DNA of 39,462 nt from the IMG/VR virus record IMGVR_UViG_3300012200_000005, positions 1-39,462 of that record; one strand, written 5' to 3'. Positions 1 to 7,008 of this stretch are shown one piece after another; the stretch's first letter is position 1; each line of letters starts with the position of its first letter. The notes below the pieces were generated by a model, which worked only from the letters and a program-made list of their open reading frames with translations, did not search any database and was not told the DNA's origin. The position numbers were made by a program, and so were the translations under genes. This stretch comes from a virus (lineage: Duplodnaviria > Caudoviricetes).

Positions 1-123
1 GGCTGGTACTCGTTAGCCTGCTCGACCGCGCGAGCCGCGGGCTGGATGACCTGCTGCGCCGCTCCCAACGCGCCCTGGGCCGCACTGCCGAGATCCGATG
101 CCACCTGGCCCACCGCACCGCCA
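1..123. repeat. 123-bp terminal direct repeat, copy 1 (circular assembly overlap)
   Basis: Bases 1-123 are identical to 39340-39462, and a minus-strand ORF reads in frame across the join. Confidence 0.95.
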
Positions 124-1790
124 ACCGCGCCTGCGGCCCCGCCCAGCACGTCCTGGGCAGTCTGGATGGGCGTCGGACCCTGAGCGATCTCGTTGCCCTG
201 CGCGTCCTGCATCGCACCGTGGACGTACAGCGGCTGCTTGACGGGCTGCGCGGGCGGCGGACCGAGCGGCGCGTTCTGTGTTCCGCCTCCGCCGCCAAGA
301 GCAACGGACTCATTGCTGGTCGTTGTCGAACCTTTAGCTGGCACGTTCGGGTTGTTGGAAAACAGCGCGCCCTGCGCGGTGCCCATCAGGTTTTCCATCT
401 GCGCCGGCGTCATCCACTCGCTGCCGCCCTTCAGGTCCAGACCCGAGCGTCCAACGTGAAACGCGCCCGACTCGGCGTTGTAGCCGTCCGCGTAGTAGTA
501 GTGACCCGGTGTTGAGATGGTGACCGGATTACCCGTCGCCGCTTCCTTGGCGAAGGCCGACCAGTCGCGGCCGACGGTCCTGGTGTCGATGCCCAGGTTG
601 GTCATCAACTTCTGCTCGCTCTGCAGCCCAGCCATGCCGCCCTGCTCCGTCCAGCCCACCTGCTTCGCCAGGTCGGTCGCCTCGCGCAGCGTGGGGTTAC
701 GCCCGAACCGCTCAGCAAACCTGACCGCTGCCGCGGGACCGCACGCGGCGTACGCCTCCGAGCTCGTGAGCTGGCTATCCCCGAACTGCGAGATGTCGCG
801 AACGGCCTGCTTGCCCAGCTCGACGGCCTGACCAGCAACCTGCTTGCCGGTCGTGACCACGTTGCTGATGGCCGTACCGGCGGCATCCGCGGCACGCTGG
901 GCGTTGCCCATGATCGTCTTGACGTAGCTCTGCGTCTCCGCATACGGCGGAATACCACCGTACTGTGCGACCGCGCCGGACCCAGCGTTGTAACTGGCCA
1001 GCGTCTTGCCCCAGTCGCCGCCGTACTGCTGCAGTCGCTTGGCGTCCTCTGCCGCGGCGGCGTCCAGCGCGGCGTACGGATCGGTCGGATCGACGCCCAC
1101 GCTCTTGGCCGTCTCGGGCATGAACTGCGCGATGCCGATCGCACCAGCGGGCGACCTGGCCGTGGGATTGAAGCCAGACTCTTGTTGAATCTGCGCCGTG
1201 AAGACGTTGGGGTCGATACCCGCGCGTTGCGCCGCGGCCTTGGCGTAGTCCTGGTAGGACATTGACCGATCCGCAGGCGCCGCGGACGGCGTAGGTGCTG
1301 CCACCGGCGGTCCACCGAGCGCGGGGGCTGAGATGGCCTGGTCAGACAGACCACCGAGCGCAGGCGTGGGTTCTGGCGCCTTCGGCACCGCCAGGGACTG
1401 CAGCCCGCTCTGCACTGGCTGCGTGATCGAATCGACGTGATCGAGCAAGCTCTGGCGCACCTGGTCGGCATTGCCGCCGAGGGTGCTGAGCGCGCCGCCC
1501 GCGGCCTGAGCTCCGCCGCCGAGCACCTGCACCGCGGGTTGCGCAGCCTGCTGCGCGGCCTGGGTGATGTTGTCGACGTGCTGCAGCAGCGCTTGCTGCA
1601 CCTGACCAGCGTCAGGCGCCTGGATCTGGGCTGGCATCTGCGCCAGCCCGGCCGCGGCCTGCACCGGCTGAATGACCTGTTGTGCCTGCTGGCCGACTTG
1701 CTGAGCCTGCTTGAGCAGGTCGTTCACGTGCTGGTGGAGCTGGTCCTCGATCGAGGCGTGCAGATCGTCGAGAAGGATCGTGCCCGGCAT
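1..1790 (-). CDS. N-terminal part of a giant (1804 aa) virion/ejection protein with SLT lytic transglycosylase and C39-like peptidase domains; continues across the origin into 39339..35715
   Basis: Manual translation from ATG 1790 (MPGTILLDDLHASIEDQ...) is open to base 1 and in frame with ORF 35715..39452. SLT motifs IQQESGFNPTARSPAGAIGIAQFMPETA and LASYNAG lie at about 1260-910. SQFGD...ACGPAAA...GHYYYADGY lies at about 800-360. It is absent from the ORF track because it runs off the window edge. Confidence 0.88.
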   Translation of the reverse strand, partial: MPGTILLDDLHASIEDQLHQHVNDLLKQAQQVGQQAQQVIQPVQAAAGLAQMPAQIQAPDAGQVQQALLQHVDNITQAAQQAAQPAVQVLGGGAQAAGGALSTLGGNADQVRQSLLDHVDSITQPVQSGLQSLAVPKAPEPTPALGGLSDQAISAPALGGPPVAAPTPSAAPADRSMSYQDYAKAAAQRAGIDPNVFTAQIQQESGFNPTARSPAGAIGIAQFMPETAKSVGVDPTDPYAALDAAAAEDAKRLQQYGGDWGKTLASYNAGSGAVAQYGGIPPYAETQSYVKTIMGNAQRAADAAGTAISNVVTTGKQVAGQAVELGKQAVRDISQFGDSQLTSSEAYAACGPAAAVRFAERFGRNPTLREATDLAKQVGWTEQGGMAGLQSEQKLMTNLGIDTRTVGRDWSAFAKEAATGNPVTISTPGHYYYADGYNAESGAFHVGRSGLDLKGGSEWMTPAQMENLMGTAQGALFSNNPNVPAKGSTTTSNESVALGGGGGTQNAPLGPPPAQPVKQPLYVHGAMQDAQGNEIAQGPTPIQTAQDVLGGAAGAVGGAVGQVASDLGSAAQGALGAAQQVIQPAARAVEQANEYQ

Positions 1791-2324
1791 CTACAGACCA
1801 GTTGGCGGCAGCGGTTGCCCGCTAGGCCCGAGAATGACGGGCGCCGGTGCGGGAGGAGGAGCCAGAGCGATCCCACCAGCAGGCCCCGGCGGCGGAGCGG
1901 GTAACGCTGCTGGAATGCCTGGCGCTGGTAGTGATCCTGGCGCTGCCAGTGGCCCTGGCGGTGGTGCTTGTGCTGCTTGCGCGTTGCGCAGGATGTTGTT
2001 GACGTCGGCGCCTTGTTGTTGGGGTGGTGGCATGCCTGGCGCCGTGCTCGGTGGCTGCACGCCGATGCGCTTGGCGACGTCCAGGAACTGCTGCGGGTCG
2101 CGCTTGGCCTCGGCCTGCAGCCAGGCTCGGTCATTGCTCTGATACTTCGAGCGGTACAGGTCGTCGAGTTGCTGGTTGCTGACCTGCGCCATGTCGGGAT
2201 GGTTCTTGTTGTCGCCAAAGATGCCCTGCGCGATCGCAGGTGCGTCACGGCTGATCTCGCTGGTGATCTCGCCTTGCAGCCTGACGATCTCGTTGGTCTT
2301 GGTGCCGGGCGTGGTGTAGGCCAT
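1791..2324 (-). CDS. Pro/Gln-rich putative virion protein
   Basis: ORF 1791..2399 with likely start ATG 2324 (MAYTTPG), TGATG-coupled to the upstream peptide. Its stop abuts the next ATG at 1790. Confidence 0.6.
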   Translation of the reverse strand: MAYTTPGTKTNEIVRLQGEITSEISRDAPAIAQGIFGDNKNHPDMAQVSNQQLDDLYRSKYQSNDRAWLQAEAKRDPQQFLDVAKRIGVQPPSTAPGMPPPQQQGADVNNILRNAQAAQAPPPGPLAAPGSLPAPGIPAALPAPPPGPAGGIALAPPPAPAPVILGPSGQPLPPTGL

Positions 2325-2431
2325 CAGCACCACCTGCGCCAGAGGTGGCGCGTGAAGTGTGGACAGCCGGCCCAGCCCAGGCCGTTCCACAACAGCCAAC
2401 GCCGCCAGCTATACCGCCGCCCGGTACGCAT
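2324..2431 (-). CDS. 35-aa Arg/Trp-rich peptide (MRTGRRYSWRRWLLWNGLGWAGCPHFTRHLWRRWC)
   Basis: Fills the gap exactly, with TGATG overlaps at both ends. Confidence 0.45.
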   Translation of the reverse strand: MRTGRRYSWRRWLLWNGLGWAGCPHFTRHLWRRWC

Positions 2432-2604
2432 CAACCCAGCTTCTTGAGGGTTTGCGCGAGTCGAGCTCGACGTCCGGTTACGCCTGGCTTGCTAGCGGCA
2501 GCCGCGAGCTTCTTGGCTGGAATCGGCTTGCCTGGCGTGGCGCCCAGTGTCTTACGCAGAGCGCCTGGCTTGCTGATGGCTTTACTTATCCACTTCTCAG
2601 CCAT
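2431..2604 (-). CDS. small basic phage protein (MAEKWISKAISKPGAL...RARLAQTL type)
   Basis: GGAGG RBS before ATG 2604. The KWI..AI.KPGAL...G.RARLA.TL pattern recurs in phage head modules. Confidence 0.7.
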   Translation of the reverse strand: MAEKWISKAISKPGALRKTLGATPGKPIPAKKLAAAASKPGVTGRRARLAQTLKKLG

Positions 2605-2606
2605 GT

Positions 2607-4607
2607 CTACCCTCCTGGTGGCGGACCGCCGCCTGGTGCCGCTTGCGCTCCTGCCATGACCTGACCGTAGGCTGGCGGACCCACACCTGCCCCGTTCGGC
2701 GCCGCGGCCAACGCACCCAGATCGGGCACGCCACCCATGCCTGGACCGCCGCCTTCGAAGACGCCGGGCTGAGGTTGCTGCCCAGGTGGGCCACCGGGAG
2801 GGAGCCCCGCCTGGGCCGGTCCGCCGAGCTGGCCGCCGAGCGCCATCTGTTCCGCCTCCTGCGCCTTCTGCAGCATGTCGCCGCGGCCGGCTTCCATGAA
2901 CACTTCCGCGTCGAGCCATTTCTGATACGCAGGGCTGGCCCTGATCCTGTCTCGAGCGATGCTGCGTCGAATCTCATCAGGGTTGTCGCCCAGGTAGGTG
3001 ACAGCCTCGTCCTTGCCGAATGTGCCGGCGGCCAGGCGCTCGTGGGCGTAACGGGCCTGGATCATCTCGTCGGTCGGCAGCTGGCTCTGGACCTCCCACT
3101 TGATGCGCATCGGACGCTCGAGGTCTTTGGGACCGAAACCGATGAACTCGGCCGCGGCCTTTCCCGAGCCGACGTCGACGCCGCCGCTGAACACGTACAC
3201 CTTCTCGCCGGCTCGCTCGCGAATCAGCGTCCACAGTTTTTCTGTCTGACCCTTGAGCAGGCTCTCGAGGCCGTGTCGCACGGGCCCCACGCGGGTTCGC
3301 GAGTAGGACAAGACCTGGCTGATCGCGAAGCCGGCGCCTTCCATCCCACTCAGCGTGGTAACCCGGGGTGACTCCAGGTCGCGGATGGCGCCGTCGATCA
3401 GGCTCATGTGTTTTTCCAACGTGGCCGCGTCGGGGTACTGGATTCTTTGGAGCTGGCGACCGGGTGGCAGATTCAGGATCTCGCCCGGATGCACGGTCGG
3501 GTCGGTCTCTTTAGGCTTGCCCTCATCGCCGATGATCATCGCCGCGGGCGTTTCGCCGTACGTCACCAGCGGCGAAAGCAGGTCTCGAGCGACATATTGG
3601 GCGTGCATGGCGCGCAGGTACTGGCGGTACTGGACCAGCCACAGCTTGGTGCGGCCGATGCCCCAGCCGACCTTTCGATTGCGCCACCAGTTCATGGTCA
3701 GCCCTGGCGCGTAGTCGTAGGGAACGCCGAACGGATACTTGTGGCGGAATTGCTTGACGATGTAGCCCGTGGCGTCGCCCTTGTAGTTCTGGCCGCAGAT
3801 GGCGTAGCTCACCCAGGTGTCGTCCCAGTGCTCGAGGAAAGTCACGTCGCTGAGCGAGTTGCGGCTGGCCTCGATCAGGTTCTGCGCCTGGCCGAGCTCC
3901 TCGGGCACGATGTTGCCCTGCGAGTCGTAGCCGAGCCGATAGCGCCTGAAAGCGGAGCGCATCGGCATCTCCGAGGCTTCGAGGACCTCGCACAGATAGC
4001 CGTTGCTCCATTGGGGATACACCTTGCGCGGATCGACGTAGGCCCACACGAACGGCGGGCCGGCGCGCTTCTTGGCCTCTTCGGTCAGCTTGTCGTAGTT
4101 CGAGTAGTCCTGGGTCGACCCGCCATTCTTGCTCGGGTCAGGGATGCCGTAGCGTTCCGACCACAGGTCGCTCTGCCACAGAATTTTGGCCCACCCGCCC
4201 CCGTCATTGAGCGTGGCGTCAGTGACCTGCGTCATGGTGTCCGAGCCAGGCTCGCGCGTGCCGCACTCCCACAGCGTCTCTTCGGTGAAGTGCTCGAGCT
4301 TGCTGGCCACGGTCTGCGCCGTGTCACCCTCGCCGCCGACGATGCTTAGTTTCGGTCGCTCGAGCGTCAGGATGGCCGTCTGCTGGAACGCCTCTTCGGT
4401 GATGTCCGGGTCGCGCGGGTCGACATGGACGAGCACGTAGTCTTTGTCCGCCTCCGACAGAGCCGGCCGGCGCATCTCGCGCTGCTCGCGCACCAGGTCG
4501 ATGTCGTTGTCCTGCTGCAGGTACAGGTCGCCCAACTCTGATTGGAGCGAAGTCAGGTACTCGCTCGACGGCGCGCGCAGCTCCTTCTTGCCGCGGTCAA
4601 CAGCCAT
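2607..4607 (-). CDS. portal (head-tail connector) protein
   Basis: 666 aa from ATG 4607 (MAVDRGKKELRAP). It lies downstream of terL, has portal-like size, a WAYVDPRKVYP segment and a Gly/Pro/Gln-rich tail. Confidence 0.75.
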   Translation of the reverse strand: MAVDRGKKELRAPSSEYLTSLQSELGDLYLQQDNDIDLVREQREMRRPALSEADKDYVLVHVDPRDPDITEEAFQQTAILTLERPKLSIVGGEGDTAQTVASKLEHFTEETLWECGTREPGSDTMTQVTDATLNDGGGWAKILWQSDLWSERYGIPDPSKNGGSTQDYSNYDKLTEEAKKRAGPPFVWAYVDPRKVYPQWSNGYLCEVLEASEMPMRSAFRRYRLGYDSQGNIVPEELGQAQNLIEASRNSLSDVTFLEHWDDTWVSYAICGQNYKGDATGYIVKQFRHKYPFGVPYDYAPGLTMNWWRNRKVGWGIGRTKLWLVQYRQYLRAMHAQYVARDLLSPLVTYGETPAAMIIGDEGKPKETDPTVHPGEILNLPPGRQLQRIQYPDAATLEKHMSLIDGAIRDLESPRVTTLSGMEGAGFAISQVLSYSRTRVGPVRHGLESLLKGQTEKLWTLIRERAGEKVYVFSGGVDVGSGKAAAEFIGFGPKDLERPMRIKWEVQSQLPTDEMIQARYAHERLAAGTFGKDEAVTYLGDNPDEIRRSIARDRIRASPAYQKWLDAEVFMEAGRGDMLQKAQEAEQMALGGQLGGPAQAGLPPGGPPGQQPQPGVFEGGGPGMGGVPDLGALAAAPNGAGVGPPAYGQVMAGAQAAPGGGPPPGG

Positions 4608-4691
4608 CGGGGAGTCCAGTACAATTGAGAGCAACTTGCCCCCGCACCGCTTGCGACGGCCGGGGGCTCGGCATCGAAAGGATGAGTTCCG

Positions 4692-5402
4692 ATGCGTTTC
4701 CACCGTACGCCTTTTCCCCCGTCAGCAATCCCGTGTCTCTGTCCGACGTGTGGCGTCGACTTTGCGATCTCGCCATCAGACCTGGCCGACCAGAACTTCT
4801 GCTCGCGGCCGTGTTACTGGCGATGGCACAGCGTCGACCGACCGTGCCCGTGGTGCGCCACGGTGGTGCACTCGACGATGAGCCGGGCGCAACGTGGACA
4901 CGGCCACTTTTGCGACGTTAGCTGCTACCAGAATTGGCGAGCGAAACGCGCACACGAACGGTTGGCGGAGCGCTTCTGGGCGCACGTCATGTGCATCATC
5001 GACACGCATTGCTGGGAATGGCAACGGTCGCGCCTCCCCAATGGCTACGGCCAGCTCAGCGTTGTCGGTGCCGGCCGCCCACTGCGCGCTCCCCGCGTCG
5101 CCTGGGAATTCGAACACGGCCCCATCGCTAAGGGGTTGTTCGTCTGCCATCGTTGCGACAACCCGCCGTGTGTCAACCCGTCGCACCTGTTCCTGGGCAG
5201 CGCAAGGGAAAACACCCGGGACATGCTTACCAAAGGACGTGTCTGGAAAGGAAACACGAAGCTCACACCCGAGCAAGTGCTGGATGCACGCGCACGCTAT
5301 CAATTCCGTGCCGTAACCACGGTCATGCTGGCCGCCGAGTACGGGAGCAGCAAGGAGGCAGTGCGACGAGCCATCAAAGGCGAACGCTACCGCGGCATCT
5401 GA
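4692..5402 (+). CDS. HNH homing endonuclease with N-terminal Cys-rich zinc-finger repeats and a C-terminal HTH
   Basis: CWEWQ...GYG...VCHRCDNPPCVNPSHLFLGS..EN..DM HNH motif; two CxxC...FCs..CY units; KLTPEQV...LAAEYG HTH. It is antisense to the late operon. Confidence 0.9.
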   Translation: MRFHRTPFPPSAIPCLCPTCGVDFAISPSDLADQNFCSRPCYWRWHSVDRPCPWCATVVHSTMSRAQRGHGHFCDVSCYQNWRAKRAHERLAERFWAHVMCIIDTHCWEWQRSRLPNGYGQLSVVGAGRPLRAPRVAWEFEHGPIAKGLFVCHRCDNPPCVNPSHLFLGSARENTRDMLTKGRVWKGNTKLTPEQVLDARARYQFRAVTTVMLAAEYGSSKEAVRRAIKGERYRGI

Positions 5403-5450
5403 CTCGCTGGTCGGCGCCTTGAGCTCTTTCTTCGAGCGATCGACTGCCAC
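5402..5450 (-). pseudogene. displaced second copy of the portal N-terminus (MAVDRSKKELKAPTSE)
   Basis: Matches the current portal start MAVDRGKKELRAPSSE (4607-4560). Similarity ends at the HNH stop codon. Confidence 0.85.
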
Positions 5451-5467
5451 GCTAGCGCCAGTGTAAC

Positions 5468-5493
5468 GCCGTGAAACATCAATGTTTCACGGC
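5468..5493. promoter_or_regulatory. perfect 12-bp inverted repeat GCCGTGAAACAT-CA-ATGTTTCACGGC
   Basis: Lies beside a minus-strand TACACT (-10-like, 5465-5460) upstream of the displaced portal start. Confidence 0.45.
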
Positions 5494-5503
5494 AACGTCT
5501 GGG

Positions 5504-5537
5504 CTAGTCACCGCGGACGTGCAGGAACAGCGGCAGG
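5504..5537 (-). pseudogene. displaced second copy of the C-terminus of the small membrane gene (LPLFLHVRGD*)
   Basis: Matches LPLFLRVRGD* at 6281-6249 and shares the 17-bp stretch gcaggaacagcggcagg. Confidence 0.8.
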
Positions 5538-5569
5538 CGTCTCGATAGCCGGCACTACCGGTTGTGGGA

Positions 5570-5908
5570 TCAACAGCCGCGGCGATCGCGCTCTTGTTCG
5601 GTGACGATCTCGTGGCAGGACACGCACAGCGCCTGGAGGTCGGCTGGGTATTCGTCGCCGAGATGCACGTAGGACGAGTGGTGAACCTGCAACCGACGCT
5701 CCTTGCCGCACCTGGCGCACACGAACTTGGCGCGCTCGATGACCTCAGCCCGACGGCAGCGCCACTGCTGGCTGTTGAGATAGACGGCGTAGTAGTCTGC
5801 GCGCTGCTGCTGTGGCGAGCGGCGAAAATTGCGCGTGCGGTTGCCATCGAACGAGGCGTCGGGCCACAACGCCATCTGCGAAGCGGGGCTATTCCCAGGG
5901 GGCAACAT
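5570..5908 (-). CDS. small HNH endonuclease
   Basis: YLNSQQWR..R..VIERA..CARCG...LQVHH..Y...LQALCVSCH. GAGGAG RBS before GTG/ATG at 5911/5908. Confidence 0.85.
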   Translation of the reverse strand: MLPPGNSPASQMALWPDASFDGNRTRNFRRSPQQQRADYYAVYLNSQQWRCRRAEVIERAKFVCARCGKERRLQVHHSSYVHLGDEYPADLQALCVSCHEIVTEQERDRRGC

Positions 5909-6173
5909 CACTGCGCTCCTCAAACGGACCGACGAACTGCAAGAATCTCTGTACCCGACGAAACCGGTCGTAAAACGTGGTCGCCGACATCCGTTGGACA
6001 AAGTCTCGATGCTGCACAAAATAGACAGAACCCGGGCGTGTCGTCAGGCACAAGGTACGTACCCACGTCGGCGTCACTTTCCCCGGGCGATTACCCCAAG
6101 CCCGTTTGGCGTCCAGCACCAACCGTGTCATCAAGCCGTCGGTCACAACCCGAGGTCTTCCGAGAGTAGCCAT
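5889..6173 (-). CDS. hypothetical protein
   Basis: 94-aa ORF overlapping the start of the small HNH gene, inside the same inserted segment. Confidence 0.4.
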   Translation of the reverse strand: MATLGRPRVVTDGLMTRLVLDAKRAWGNRPGKVTPTWVRTLCLTTRPGSVYFVQHRDFVQRMSATTFYDRFRRVQRFLQFVGPFEERSDVAPWE

Positions 6174-6248
6174 CAGAACGAACTATGACCTTCGCTGGCC
6201 GACTCGCCAATCCGACAATTCCGTGCCTTTTTGTCGGGGGTCCAGGCC

Positions 6249-6359
6249 TCAGTCACCACGAACGCGCAGGAACAGCGGCAGGAAGGCGATGAACAACACG
6301 ATGCCGATGACCATGCCGCACGCGAAGCTGAACAGGTCGACCGTGACACTCGACCACAT
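6249..6359 (-). CDS. 36-aa single-pass membrane protein (MWSSVTVDLFSFACGMVIGIVLFIAFLPLFLRVRGD)
   Basis: ATG directly follows the TAA of the displaced terL C-terminus. It has a hydrophobic span. Confidence 0.65.
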   Translation of the reverse strand: MWSSVTVDLFSFACGMVIGIVLFIAFLPLFLRVRGD

Positions 6360-6461
6360 TTAGCGTCTGCCCGCCGCGAACGCGTAGCTCGAGCGCGCCG
6401 GCACCGGGCTCTGCTCATGTTGGGCGCCGAGATACGCCAGGCCGAGCGCGATGACCGTGTC
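6360..6461 (-). pseudogene. displaced second copy of the terL C-terminus (DTVIALGLAYLGAQHEQSPVPARSSYAFAAGRR*)
   Basis: Aligns with the current terL end DTVISLGLAYLGAQRENSSTARTRYGFSTSGR* (7107-7009). Confidence 0.9.
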
Positions 6462-6942
6462 AGTCGACCCACGCCCAGGTCTTACCGTGCAGGCATTGCC
6501 AGATCGTGCGCTGATCCACGCCGAAGGCTGACGCCAGCAAATGAGTAGATGCACCGCCCCTGGTCGCTGCACGAATGACGCGTACCTTGTCGGCGTTGAG
6601 TTGGGTCGTCCACACCGCCGCGCCGGTCGCAGCACGTCGTCGTCGGACCATATCGGCTGAGTTGTCAGCCGGGGAACCCGCGTACAGATGAGTCGCGTCG
6701 AAGCATTTCCGGTTGTCGCAGCGGTGGCAGATAAACGGCTTGTCCTCGGGAATTGCCCCGTAAGCTTCGATGAACGCGAGGCGATGCGCTGCCCACCGCT
6801 TCGCCGCATGCTGGACGTACAGATACCCGCCGCCTTCCCAAAGTTGCCCAAGGTTGGGTGGGGCAACGAGACACCCCGATGTGGTGCGAACCGCCTGAGC
6901 CTTGATATCGGCCCACCGCGTCCGTGTAATGCGTGATGGCAT
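6460..6942 (-). CDS. HNH homing endonuclease
   Basis: AAHRLAF...ICHRCDNRKCFDATHLYAGSPADNSADM plus a C-terminal HTH (LASAFGVDQRTIW). AGGAGG RBS. Confidence 0.9.
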   Translation of the reverse strand: MPSRITRTRWADIKAQAVRTTSGCLVAPPNLGQLWEGGGYLYVQHAAKRWAAHRLAFIEAYGAIPEDKPFICHRCDNRKCFDATHLYAGSPADNSADMVRRRRAATGAAVWTTQLNADKVRVIRAATRGGASTHLLASAFGVDQRTIWQCLHGKTWAWVD

Positions 6943-6966
6943 TGGGAGTTAGCCCTCCTGATGTCA

Positions 6967-6997
6967 ACCCCCGAGCTGTTCACTGCAGCTCGGGGGT
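6967..6997. other. GC-rich hairpin between the terL stop and the HNH start
   Basis: ACCCCCGAGCTG-ttcactg-CAGCTCGGGGGT forms a 12-bp stem. Confidence 0.55.
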
Positions 6998-7008
6998 ACT
7001 CCACAATG

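Noticed and set aside
193-4349. Many long plus-strand and alternate-frame ORFs overlapping the minus-strand genes
   Set aside because: These are shadow ORFs expected in GC-rich DNA; they show no motifs, RBS or operon coupling.
5468-5493. parS site
   Set aside because: It contains the half-sites GTGAAACA and TGTTTCAC in the reverse order to TGTTTCACGTGAAACA, and no parA or parB gene was recognised.
4608-7008. Group I introns or inteins carrying the HNH genes
   Set aside because: The host genes are complete without splicing, there is too little non-coding sequence for a ribozyme core, one HNH is antisense, and no intein motifs are seen.
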